From: Octopus bimaculoides
Lineage: Eukaryota
DNA: 64,000 bases
Assembly (NCBI RefSeq): GCF_001194135.2
Contig: NC_068999.1
Location: 23,671,336-23,735,335 of the forward strand
Direction: 5' to 3'
Shown: positions 1 through 12,900 of the stretch, piece after piece
How positions within the stretch are numbered: the first letter of the stretch is position 1
Layout of the letters: each line of letters opens with the position of its first letter
Position numbers and translations under genes: made by a program
Notes under the pieces: model-generated
Seen by the model: only the letters and a program-made list of their open reading frames with translations
What the model was told of the DNA's origin: nothing
Databases searched by the model: none

Positions 1-59
1 CACTCCTTTTTAGTCAACTTATGAACTTTTCAGTGCACCTTTGTATGTGTGTATGATTG

Positions 60-300
60 TGTCTCTTTCTCCAGATATTGTGTCTTTGTTATAAATTAAT
101 ATTATTCATTTCAATTATTGTGTGAAAGCATGTCTGGCTATAGGGAAATATTACCTTGCTTGGAAACAAGTAAAGGTTGGTGACTGGAAGGGCATCCAGC
201 CATAGAAAACTTGTCTCTGTAAATTCTGTTTGACCCATGCAAGCAGGAAAATGTGGACATTGAAATGTTATTGTTGTTGATGATGATGATGATGTATGAC
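60..300 (+). mobile_element. SINE/LINE-tail fragment ending in (GAT)n
   Basis: GGGAAATATTACCTTGCTTGGAAAC...GAAGGGCATCCAGCC...CCCATGCAAGCAGGAAAATGTGGAC plus (GAT)n; similar copies at ~20570-20820 and ~27985-28250. Confidence 0.6.
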
Positions 301-605
301 ATATCAGATAGCAATGTGAATTTCATTCAGACAGACTGTACAGATATGACTAGAATGTGATTATATATTTATATATTTTACACCACAAATTCTGGACAAT
401 AGTATGATTGGTTACAGAATTCCAGCAGGTTAATTATTGGTTCAGTGCATTTCTAAAAGTAAGAGGGTCAAGAGAGTGTCACCACTTTCATTTTTTTTTT
501 NNNNNNNNNNNNNNNNNNNNNGGGGGGGGGGGGGGTCTCACATCCGTATTTATAACCCCTTGTCAATAAACATTGATGAATCACACACACACACATACAG
601 GTGTC

Positions 606-790
606 GGCATGGCAGTGTAGTTAAGAAGTTTGCTTCACTACCACATGGCTCTGGTTTCAGTTCAGATGTGTGGTACCTTGGGCAAGTGCCTTGTGAATGA
701 ATTTGGGAGATAAAAACTGTACATAGCCCATCATACACACACGTGTGTGTGTGTGTGTACGTAATACATATGAGAATGTTTATGTTCTGA
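606..790 (+). mobile_element. tRNA-derived SINE (family S1), partial
   Basis: Head GGCATGGCAGTGTAGTTAAGAAG...CCACATGG...CCTTGGGCAAGTG shared with many copies in the window. Confidence 0.6.
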
Positions 791-879
791 GGCATCATTT
801 GTTCTGCCTGATGTGTTTTTACATCCAGCTGCAAATGCCTTTTACGTTCAAATGTACAAGAACATATTAAAAATAACAT

Positions 880-1040
880 TAGGAAGGCCATCTGGCATTA
901 GGAAGAACATCCAGCTGTAGAAACCATGCCAAATCAGACTGGAACTTAGTGGAGCTCTCCAACTCATCAGCTCCAATCAAACCATCTAACCCATGCCAGC
1001 ATGGAGAGTGGACGTTAAATGATGGTGATGATGACCATGA
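880..1040 (+). mobile_element. RTE-LINE 3' tail fragment
   Basis: GGCATTAGGAAG..CATCCAGCTGTAGAAACCATGCC...CCCATGCCAGCATGGA...GACGTTAAATGATG, the same tail that ends the RTE copies at 46.8-50.0 kb. Confidence 0.6.
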
Positions 1041-1659
1041 TGTATACATCTTTAAATACGTATATGTGTTTGTTTATGGCTTGGATTATAACCCCTTATA
1101 TACACTAAATATTCATCATCATAAATCTGCTTTTCCATGCTTACCAGGTTTTCTGATGCAACATTTTATGGCTACATGCCCTTCCAGTCTCCAACCCTTA
1201 TGCCTTTTAGTCACTTCTTTTAGACACATACAGAGATGGTGTGCCTATTCTAAAACCAAGATGTACATGATATATTTCCTGAGTCATTCATATATCTCCC
1301 TCTTTACCCCTCTAGATACTGGTATTTCCCATCGTATGCATACCCACTCACTACATTAACCTCTACTTAAACCTCACTCTCTTATGAAAGCATCCACTCT
1401 CTCACCCCCCCCCATGATCTACCAGCCCTGTCCTCTCTTATGCTCACCTTGTTCCTTGAGAGTTTGCTCTTGCACCCTATTTCTATCTTCCTCAGCCATA
1501 TATCTTCTCTATAGCAAGACAATTGTTCTTGTCCCTCTATCATACATTAGCCTTTCAACACCTGGTTTACGACCACCCACCTCTGCCTTCCTCAAGTAGT
1601 GAGGACTTTTTCCATTTTCTTTTTACTCTGTCTTTTCTGTCGTACAAGTTTCATGGCAA

Positions 1660-1860
1660 CCACACTAGTGCCCATGGCACTAAAAACACGCCCATTGCAT
1701 TCTGCAGAGTGGTTGGTGTTAGGAAGGCCATCCAGCTGTAGAAACCATGCTAAAGATGACACTGGGGCTCACCCAACACAGTCCCTGCAGCTTGCTGGTT
1801 CCCTGTCAAACACTCCTACCCATGACAACATGGAAAACAGATATTCAATAATGATGATGA
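1660..1860 (+). mobile_element. RTE-LINE 3' tail fragment
   Basis: Same tail motif ending in (GAT)n, followed by (TA)n/(TATG)n microsatellites. Confidence 0.55.
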
Positions 1861-1926
1861 TATATATAAATATGTATGTATATATATATATATATGTGTG
1901 TGCATGTATATGTGTGTGTATATATA

Positions 1927-1962
<36 letters not shown>

Positions 1963-2130
1963 TGTATGTATGTATGTATATATACACATACACACACATA
2001 TATATTTTTAATTTTAAGAATGTTAGAAAAAATAGGCAGTTGTATAATTGTCACTAGAAAAGATATATCAATCAAAGTAAACAGTATTCTAGAGTCATTA
2101 GGAGTGGTAATGAACTTAAAGTGGCATTCT

Positions 2131-2365
2131 TTGTCTTTTACTTATTTCAGTCATTTGACTGTAGCCATGCTGGGGCACTGCCTTGAAGGATTTTAGTCAA
2201 ATAAATCAACCCAAGAAATTACTTTTTTTAAGCCTAGTATTTTATCGGTTCCTTTTGCTAAACTACCAAGTTACACAGACGTAAACACACCAATACAAGC
2301 TGTCAAGCAGTGGTGAGGGACAAACAGACACAAAGAGGCACACACGCATACGCACACACACATAT

Positions 2366-2396
<31 letters not shown>

Positions 2397-2552
2397 CGAC
2401 AGGCTTCTTCCAGTTTCTATCTTCCAAATCCACTCACAAGGCTTTGGTTGGCCCAAAGCTACTGTAAAAACCATTTGCCCAAGGTGCCACACTGTGGGGC
2501 TGAACCCAGAACCATGTGGTTGGGAAGCAAACTTCTTACCACTTAGCCATGC
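2131..2552 (-). mobile_element. tRNA-derived SINE (family S1), near full length
   Basis: Reverse complement of the S1 head, body, internal (CA)/(TA) microsatellite and tail (GGTGCCCCAGCATGGC...CAGTCAAATGACTGAAA). Confidence 0.75.
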
Positions 2553-5157
2553 CTAAACACAAATTACCACTCTATATTTGATAACAAAAAATGTATGACT
2601 AAAAATAAGATACTTTTTATTTATTTATTTATTTACCGCTAATTACATTTTTTGTGAGAATGAAATATTTGGTGGGGAGGTGGGAGCAAAATGAGTACTT
2701 CCTGATTTTTACTTTTATCCCTAACTGTTTGAAATCATTACGTTGCAAGTATTTCATCACCATTTCGTATTGCTACATTATCTTTGGGAATAAAAATTGG
2801 TCAGCATAGTTGTTGTTGAAGTTGAGGGTTCCGAAACAGTCTGGTGGCAGGTCCTCTTTTTTCAAGAAATTCTTCCTCAACTTTGTCCTGGTTGTAACTG
2901 AGGTTGCTAATAAGATATTTAGATATTTTTTGGTGTTTAACAATCGATATTCTTTTCCCTGATGGATTCCAAGCCAATTTTCTTCTACACTAATGTCTAA
3001 ATTGATCATTTTCAAGTTTCAAAAAATGATGTCTAAAATGGAGTAAAATGAGTAATAACTAATTTCAGTAATTTCTTCCCTTTAGCTGCGTGGTGTATAA
3101 ATTAGGGATGTGCTGCCTAGGTAGGCAGTGCTTACCTTGAATAAAGTAGATTGATAGCAATATTTTCCTCTCATGGCAAAATATTCACCTAATTCAATAA
3201 AATTATAAAGGGTAATTTGATTGCTATGCGTAAAATGCAAAATAGTTTTTTTTTTTGTAGATTAGGTAGGCATAATTTGCCCCTGCCTTTCAATCTCAGT
3301 ATTTAAGCTACGCATAGTACTGCCGTAGTACATGTGCCACCTACAACGTTTTCTGTACATGCTATAAAGGCAGTAAATCTGCCTTCAACTCAGTCGTGCT
3401 CCTGTGTTTCGCTTATTTTTTGTCGTTTTACTACATAAAGGTCACCAACTGTCTACCCTGAAGAATTACTGATGGCACATGCCTGGTGTAAATAGATCAT
3501 GAAGAGCACACTCCAGAAGATTGTGAAGAAGCTATAGAGAATTTTTTTATTTAGTCAAGTTTCATCAATTTTATATTATGTGAATCTAAAATTTTTTTTT
3601 GCATTCCTGATCTTTCTGATGTCTAAGGATGGATATTGATGTGTTTGAGTCTGTTTTCTGGAGGATTGAAGAGGCAAATTTACATTATCTTGTCTTACTC
3701 GTTTTGCCCCAGCCAAATTTGTCTTTTATATGCTCAAAGAGAACGATAATTTTCTTAAATAGTGATCAAATTACGTTATAATGCTTTTAATGCATTTAGG
3801 GAAGGCCATTTGCTTAGCTGATATAGTTTTTTGTGAGGTAGTGAACATTTGTAAACAAAATGTATTTTGTCTCAGTCAAAAGTGCAATAAAACACCTCTT
3901 TTGCCCCCACCCCTATACTTTGCTGAACTGATTTTCTGTCCAATTTCAAGTGGTACTAAATATGAATAAAACCGAATTTTAATTCGAATTATTTTGAAAT
4001 TTAATTCGAAATATTTTGAAATTTTAGTATAAATATGCGAAAAATGTAATGAATAAATTTAGAAAATGTTCGTAGACTTTATATCAATAATTCACTTGTG
4101 TTGCAAAAAAAAAGGAGAAAAGAAAGATAAAAGTTTTATATAATATAAAATGTGGTATTTTATCAAATGAGTAGTTAATTAAATGGATAGCTGCAGTTAA
4201 TTACGAGTTGTAGAACAAACGCTTTTTTTTTTACAGTTAATAACTGGTTTGAGAATGAAATCAAAATTGTAAGTCAAAATGTTCGCTCTGTCACCTGTCT
4301 AGCCTCACACTTTATATAAAGGAGAAAAAGAACAACTTTCGTTAGAGCTGAATAGTGTCTTTTAAGTCTATTGTCAGTACCAAATTTTATTGATGTCAGC
4401 CTTTTTTTATTATACAGACAGACATCTACAGTTTCTAAAAATAAAAGTAAAATACATCAACAAAAAAATCCCCCCAGCTCTCACTAGTAAAATTCAGGGC
4501 AACTATCTTTTGATGTAGTCGTTAATCGACATTCTAGAATTTAAAACTTTTAAAATTTATTTTACTCTTTACTCTTGTTTTCTTTCATTGCTTCAACTAT
4601 GCCTATATATCTTTATTAGATACTTATAATCAGATACAAAATTTAATTATTATTAATTATTATAGTTTAGTTCTTTTCATTTTTAAAAAAGCAATGATTG
4701 TTTTATATACAACCTTTTTTATTGTCTAAACGCATTCATCTTGTTTTAAACTTAATATTTAAAATAAAACGTCTCGGTGTAGTTGAGAATGAAATTGTGT
4801 TCGGGATGTAACTGGGTCCTATGTCTTTTAGAAATCAAGCGTCATTTTAAAAACAAAGTTACTTTAAAATCAATATGCTTATAAGCAGCATAAGACTATT
4901 GGAAAGTGTGATACTGTTAAACTAAGAAGAAAATTTATAGTATCCCGTTAATCCCAATTAATAACAAAAATCAGTTGCAGATAATGTGTTATCTAAGAAA
5001 GGATTTAATGCTTGGCAACAGAGGTGGACGGCTGTGAAAGGGTTGTTTGTTAGCTTTCTGATAGTTTAGTCTAGTTTTATTTTTAGTATTGATAATCTAT
5101 ACTTTGAAACAATATCTGCTAGTAAAAGTAGACAAAAATAAAATTAAATAAAACATT

Positions 5158-5270
5158 TGACACGTCATGCTGCAAATTGGTTACAGGTGACTAATTAGTT
5201 TACCTGGCCATGGCAGTTGCTGGCCGCTGAAGCTGCCATCCAGTAAACTGGAGAAACTGCAACATATTGG
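5158..5270 (+). promoter_or_regulatory. Candidate internal promoter for SHANK exon A
   Basis: CRE/ATF-like TGACACGTCA (5158-5167) followed by two inverted CCAAT boxes (ATTGG at 5176 and 5266) in a repeat-free, CpG-retaining region ~0.85 kb upstream of the ATG. Confidence 0.35.
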
Positions 5271-6090
5271 TTAGGACAGGCTTCATGAAAAATTTCCAGC
5301 TCCTTTTAAATATGTAGCATATACTAAGTATAAGAACATTTAATATGTCCTCAAAGCTAAAGCAGTGGAGCGCTAAAGAAAGTATAATGATAATTTGGAA
5401 GTTTAAAAAAAAATACTGACTTGCTACTTGTAACTGATTTATTTATTACCCTGGCAACAAGTAGCTGTTTCGCCATCTATCTACCTTCACCCTTTCTTTC
5501 ATTGATATGGTTTCGTCAAACATCTATTTCACGGCTACTTTTCTGTTACAGGTCTCCCTTACCTTTTGCTGATTATTTTAACTCGGAAATAACTTACATT
5601 GTTAACATTTGATGCCATTAATCACCCACTCTTCTCTCTCTTTCCTTTACAATACTACCTGTCCATTTACTAATCGTTAATAACAAACTTGTTCCATAGA
5701 GCTCTGGACCTGTATATTGACATTTATTGATTACTTTCACACAGGACTTCGTTTCGAGGTCGGAAAAGAAAATTCATCTAAGAAGGATACTTAGGTGAAG
5801 CTTCAAGAATATTCTCGTTTTACTTTTTTTCTCTTTTTACTTTCAAAATAATCATATTTGGTCGATATTTAGATGAAAGTTAACTACAAAAGTTTTTTTT
5901 TCTTTTGCTCCTTTCCAGAAGAACTTTCGACTTTCATTCGTTAAAATATTTATTGGTAGTATTGGTACTCGTCTTTGAGTTCTGTAATAGATGAAGAGAC
6001 TAGTAATTAATAAGAGAGGAAAATGGTGGGGGATAAAAAATCAACTATAACTAACGAATAGTTATTGTAGTCGATGTTTACATATTTTTA

Positions 6091-7325
6091 ATGAAAATGA
6101 CTCAAAGGGCTTTGAAGAAAAAAAATGTTGGGGGAAAATTCATTGTAAATTCTCAGGAGGACGATTTACCAGTAGATATTTCCAATTATAGTTTTGAGAA
6201 TTCACCGAAGCTAACAAATGGTTCAAACTCGAAAACACCATCATTCCGAAGTGATCTCATTCATCCAGGGTTTGTATTTTTAAAATCTCGATTGAAAAAA
6301 AAATCTGTGATTTCTAAAGCTGATACAAATGAGAAAATTCATGCAGATCCATGTCGTCCATTGTTTCAACTAAAGAAAAAACAGAGTCCTGATTTAAATG
6401 GAGAAGATATTTTCGTGATCACCCCAATCGATGTTGAAAATAATGTAAACAACAACAGCTCTTCTGAAGGTTTCAATTCATTAAAAGAACAAACAACTAA
6501 CGATAGTAGATGTCCTGACTCAATACCTTGTACCTTAGATAATAGAGTTACCAGGTATGTTCTACCCGAAAATGTAGAGGAGGAAGATTCTGGGAGGGGA
6601 GTTTCTGAAAATTCCGTCTCTGACATAGATTGGCAAGATAAGACGACGTCACATAGAGAAACAGCGACGTCACGTCAGGTAAAAAACGACACACCTATTA
6701 ATTACTTTTCAATCACTAACAGGCCGTCAACTGTTCACGACCCACCTTTAACTTCACAGCGTAACTCGTTCCACCAGCAACAACCACACATGTCTCCTTG
6801 GCCACTTTCAAACCAACCTTTAAAAATATCAACACAACGTAAAATTTCGAAGCCTTCAGGGGAATTTATTTTAGTCGGACAATACGAATCCAGACATGAA
6901 CCGTTACAATATGCTCCATCTCCTTTAAGTGATTCCAGGGGCAAATATTCCAGCATGCCTTCGTTAGCGATACTTGGAAACAATTCTAAGGAGGAGAAAA
7001 AATTAAAAAAGATATTGAAGAAAGAAAAAAAGAAAGAAGAAAAACGGATGAAAAAAGATATGAAAAACAAAGATTCGTTTCCAAGTTTTACTTTACCTCA
7101 CAATACGAAAATTCACAGACCTTATACAGTTTACGAGAAACCAAGGCCTGAATGGAAATTAACCCCTGTCCCTATCTCCATAGAAGAGCCCTTGTATGCT
7201 GTTCCCATCATTTATGACAAACCTAAAATAGACCATTATGCTAGTAGCCCCGATTTATTAAGATTACAGCAGATATATAACATTGGGTCGCCTGAATGGT
7301 TACCCCAACCTGTTGATAACAACAG
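6091..7325 (+). CDS. SHANK: SHANK coding exon A (large, low-complexity N-terminal exon; probable alternative first coding exon)
   Basis: 412-codon ORF ending in a strong donor CAG|GTGAGT at 7325/7326. Phase 2 (AG) joins the T of the next exon to make Ser. In-frame stops upstream (6001-6006, 6052-6054). No recognisable domain; linkage to the PDZ exons is inferred from phase and the absence of other candidates. Confidence 0.7.
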
Positions 7326-7379
7326 GTGAGTATTTTTTTCCCTCCATTCTTTTGGTCCCTCAGTGTTTTTATTTAAATT

Positions 7380-7420
<41 letters not shown>

Positions 7421-9901
7421 CTCTTTTTTATACTGTGTTTGTGTGTGTGTGTCCCCGTCCTTATTGTACATTCTCATGTGTATATTTTTCACACAAGATA
7501 CAGGTGGCTTGTTAAGTTCTGTTCCAACCTAGTTCACCTACTAATGTTTTTTTATTTTATTTTCTAACTGCTATAATTACTTCCAGTTGTTAATTGTGTA
7601 ATGTTAATGTAAAATACAATTTCCCAAACTAACAATTAAATGGTACAAGATCGGTAGGACTACATTTAATTATTAGAATTGTAAAGTTTGCATTAAAACA
7701 CTCACCATAAAAATGGCTCGAAATTCAGAATGATGATAATATGACCTAAATTAATTTCGGTTCTAAAATCTTTCTCCTTTTAGCACCAGAACAACATTAA
7801 CTAGATGGTTAATGATTAGCTCTATTTCGGCTCTGATGGAGCAGAACTGTAGTCGAAATCACCCCAGCGTTGTCTCACCTGTTTGTTGTTGTTGTTGTTG
7901 CTTAAGCCCAGAGTCGGTCATGATTGAGACTTGACGTATGATCAAAGGCATTCTTACCGTGACTATCCCATCTATTTTCAAGTTTGTCAAATGCTTAGTT
8001 ATTCTGAGACAATATAGGTGTGGTATAAGGTTAGGTGGACGGGTTGTTTATTAGAGTTTGTCTAGAGAATAGGAGCGGCAATGTATTTTAGAAATACATA
8101 ATGGGTAAATATTATGTGTGGGTGAATAGATATTTGGGCGTAAATTATTAATGAATGAGAGCAGCACACATTGTCAACAAAAAGCTGATCACCATGAGGC
8201 AAAGTGTTTAATTATGACAGCAAAAGATATTTAGTAACACACACATTTAATAACAGTTTGACTCAGTTTCTTATGACTTACTCCTGCCAATGTTTTGAGT
8301 GTCACATTCTTTCGTTTGTTCACTCACTCGTGAGTGCGTATGTATAGACACACACACACAAGTTAGATGATGGGACCACAAAGTCTCTTAAATAAGGAGA
8401 TACACAGAATATATTTGGTTTAGCGTAAAATATTTGTTTAAAAACAAAACGTCCAGTTATTGTCTAGAGAACCTCAAGGTACAAGCTTATTGATTTCTCA
8501 TCCAGGCTCTGATCAGGAATTGTAGTGCTTGAAACCTATTGGTTTACAAACTTTTGGATATTAGTTGGATGGTCTAACGCTCGCGCGCGCGTACATATAA
8601 TCACGCCTGTGTGGCTGTGTGGTATGAAGTTTACTTCCCAACCACATGGTTCTGGGTTCAGTCCTACTGCGTGGCATCTTGGGCAAATATCTTCTATAGC
8701 CTCAGGCCAACCAAAGCCTTGTTAGACGGAAACTAAAAGCAGCCCATCGTATATACATTTATGTAAATGTATACACTTGTTTGTTCCCACTACCACTCGA
8801 CAACTGGTGTTGGTGTGTTTACATCCCTGAACGTAGTTGTTCGGCAAAAGAAATGCAAAGTATAGATACATATATACACGGCCATGTAATCACACACGTA
8901 CTTTTCTTGGACTATACTTTTCCTTCTCTCCGGACCATTCTTTCCGACGAAGATCCATGCTCAAGACGTCACACACCTTTTTTCCATCTTAACCTGAGCG
9001 TCGACCTAACATATTCAATGTACGTCGTTTTGACTTTTGTTGTTCTTATTTTTGATTTGCCGACACACGCACACACAAAAGACAATACTAGAGGGAAGGG
9101 CAAGTTAGATAGATTGATATTAAAAAGAACAAAGCAGAAAGTTTGACAAATATGGTATTACTTTAATACTTGAGATGAGAGTCTCTTACCAGGAAAAAAA
9201 ATTAAATAACTACAAAGAGAGAAATAAATTGAGGAAATTGATTNNNNNNNNNNGCAAAATTGCATTAAAAAAATTTCAAAGGGAACGGAGGATGCAAGAG
9301 GAGGTTAAGGTCGACAAACGAGGGTGACTGTCATTTTATGGGGTTGGAATGAGAAGGTAATAAGGGGCTTGTTTTCGTATGGAGACATGTATCAGAATGT
9401 TTCTGTACATGGAAGCATGCAAAAGAAACAACGGTGTAGGTATGTGTATGTGTGGGTGCGGTTGTGTTGGTTGGTGGGATGGTGGATCTTGGTGTATATG
9501 TGTGTATTTTAAGTTTTTTGCGTGGGCAATGTGAAAAGTGTATATGCAAAGCTGTGTGTATGAAAATAAAATTATTGAAATACTTCTACATAATATATAC
9601 ATATGTGTATACACACACACACACACACACACACACGCTCACTTTCTCTTACGTGTGTGTATTTATATGACAGAAAGAATTAATGAAGTCAAAGCTATAC
9701 ATAGTATGAGGCACAAGATAGCAATTTCACGTGTGAATACTTCTATTTAATTTCTCTTTAAAGACACCCATATTTATACACACACAACCATGTGTGTGTG
9801 TGGTAAGGAAGGATTGGTGTGGTAAGGAATTCTTGTCAAAAATACATTCGAAATCTATGCATGTGTGTGTGTATTTATATAGATATTAAAGTATATTGAT
9901 A

Positions 9902-9978
<77 letters not shown>

Positions 9979-12900
9979 AATAATAAGGAGAATAGAGATT
10001 TTTCACATCCATAAATTTTAACTGTTATTTACAGCATATTCTCCAGACCTACACATGTTTCATCTGCAGCGAATGCACATTATATATATATATGGGTATT
10101 AATGTACCTTTAAAGTCTAAAAAGTACAACCACATTCCATAATGTAGCTCTCAGTGCACAATTGATTGTGTATGTAAAGGACGATAAAATGGTTCTAGCA
10201 GGAGTACCTTGTGTTACAAGTTTCCTCCATCAGGGATGACCTCTTCGGCATATCTCATGTTTACAGAAGTTGTGAGTTCATGTTCTGTGGGTAGCCTTCA
10301 GCATTTTTCCATTCATAGGGTTTTTGTAACTCAATTTTCAGTGTCCCATTCACTAGCATAGCAAAAGTGTGTGCCGCTCAGAGTGGCCCTTCCGTTTTCC
10401 GCCCCCACCCCACAAAAAACATTGCCCACAACAGGATGAAAAGTACCACCCCTACCATTCCCCTCCGCTAAGCTAGTAGCCCCATTATTTATAGCTTTAT
10501 CTTTTTATAGTTCCACGACTAAAAATAGATACATGTGTATCTATATATATAAAACTGTGAATGTGTGTCTGTCTGTCCGTATGTGTGCATCACAAAAACT
10601 CGAGAACTACCCAATCGATTTCATTCATATTTTATACATGGGCCAAAAATATTTTCAACTTCTTGTCTAATGTGAGCCCGTGGCGATCTCTTATACTGTT
10701 TCCGTACTTCATGTCAAAAGCAAAACAATAACATCACTATTAATACTTTCACTATTATATGGTTTAAATTTCAATTACTTTCATTGTGTATCTATGCATA
10801 TTAGTTTCATTTTTATTACTTTCAATATGTATTTATATACATGTTTGTATATATATATATATATAAATAATAATAATATAAATAATATATATAAATATAT
10901 GCATATATACATACATATATGTACATACCTACATATATATATATGTGTGTGTGTGTGTACAAAAACATGCATATATGGGTACAGTACATCAAAAGAACGT
11001 TAAAAAACAATGAGAAACGAAAGCATAGAAAACGATTTTTTTTTCGAACAATAGAAAAAACAAACAGAGAAACGAGACAATGCAACATAAAGAATATTCC
11101 CCTTCATCAGTTGTCCCTGTTTCATCTCCTCTGCATTTCAAAGGTAAGGACAATACGTGACTTCGTTGAAACATTCATTCGCGCAAATCAAATTTGGGAT
11201 TTTTTGTGGAGGGTGAAAGTGTTAACAAAAACAGGACAGTGAGAACAAGACAGTAAAAACAAACGGTGAGGGCTGTTGAGCCAAGACGATAGAAAAATTA
11301 TTATGAATGCTAAGAAGACGGGCTATGAGAGGAGACAGGTAAAAGCACATCTTGTCTTTAGGAAAGAAATGGACAGGTGTCAGCGACGAGAGAGTCAAGA
11401 AGAAAAAGTGAGAGATAGAGAGAGAAGGGGGGAATAGGGAAAGGATGGGAGATGAATGATGGATAATTTACTTATAAATTCTACATTCAGTTACTTTCTT
11501 ATTACTTGACCATTCCCTTTCCTCTTCGAGAGAGAGATAAAACTCATCATTAAATGTCCATACTGGTATTGATTAGGCAGTCCAAGAGGAGCTTGCAAAC
11601 TGCAGGACTGCATTAAGTTCCAATGTCTGTTTTGGCATGGTTTCTATGGCTAGACACCCTTTCTAACAGTTTGTTAATTCTCATTCTAAAGGACCATAGG
11701 AACACAACTCTTACTTCCCCTCACTCCTTTTCTCTTTTCTGTTTTTCATTTAATTTCTATTCTCTCAGCGTTTCTGACTTTTTCTCATAGAGCACCTATG
11801 ATTTTATTTTGAGCCTGAAAGATTACAGGATAGTACATGGCACACTATACAATCTCATCTGACTAATGTGACTGTTGTACTGTCAGAGCATGAAACTTGC
11901 AGCTGCTCACATTTAAACCCTTTGTTTATAAAAGTCTATGTGTATGTGTGTGAATTTACATAATAGGTACATTCAATTTGAAACAGCTGTAAGAGACCAT
12001 CTGTACACCTTATTACTTCCTTCTTATGATCTATACTCATGTAGCTACTCAATCATCATGTCTAAAGATATAAATGCCACAATTGAACCTGATACCAATG
12101 TTTTATACTTTTATGTATATATATGTTTATATTTGCATGTATGTGTGTAGTATGTATGTATAGTTGGCCCCTTCCTTCATATTGTAACCTTTCACTGTTG
12201 AATATAAAGCTCCCCCACTCTATTGTAACCCCATTCAGCTGACAAGGTTCTTAGTCTTGCAAACAACATGGCAACCTCACTAATGTTGGTGCCATGAATA
12301 TAAACACACTATACTCTGTAAAGGGGTTGGCTTAAGGATTGGTATCAAGCAATAGAAACCATGCCAGAGTAGACACTGCAGCATGACACATTCCTCTTAT
12401 AATGGAAGGCAAGGTTCTCGATATCGGTTGAATATCGCCTTCTCCCATTTAATTTCTTGTTATTTGTGTTGTTTAAGGCTCCAGCAGGCAAGGAAAGAAG
12501 TCTTAGGCAACACACAGATTCTCAAACAGTTTTATTTACACCATACACAAGGGTGAAAGTGTGTTGCTCTCTGTAGCTATCTCATGCAATGTGATTTTGT
12601 CGTTCTTCGTCACGCAGGACATTGCCTCAGGAGAGACGACAAGCGGATTGGCCTAGAGGCCCAGCCAGGGAAGTGTGCTCTGCAAGCAGTCGCAGGGAAA
12701 AAGAGAGATCAAACCTCGCTGCTTGTTCCTTTTATTTAGTTTGCCATCGCAAGCCTTGTTGTGATCTCGCGCATGGCAAATGGATGCAGGTGAGGTCTCG
12801 CTCCAGTCTCAGAGATAGCAATGGCTGCCGCGAGATCTCATCCAATATGGTGCTGACTGCTTGAGCCGCCACACTCTCATCCATTGGGTTCTATTAAACC

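Noticed and set aside
1599-2196. ORFs rich in Y/I/C/V/H/T (also near 10.7-11.2, 20.2-20.5 and 62.8-63.0 kb)
   Set aside because: Translations of (TA)n, (CA)n, (TATG)n and (GAT)n microsatellites.
6366-7070. Minus-strand ORFs overlapping exon A (and 33986-36173 overlapping exon F)
   Set aside because: Antisense shadows of the real coding frame with biased composition; no independent domain evidence.
7826-7865. Hammerhead-like CTGATGGAGC...GTCGAAATC
   Set aside because: The conserved A9 is G, stem II is weak and no stem I partner is evident; at best a decayed relic.
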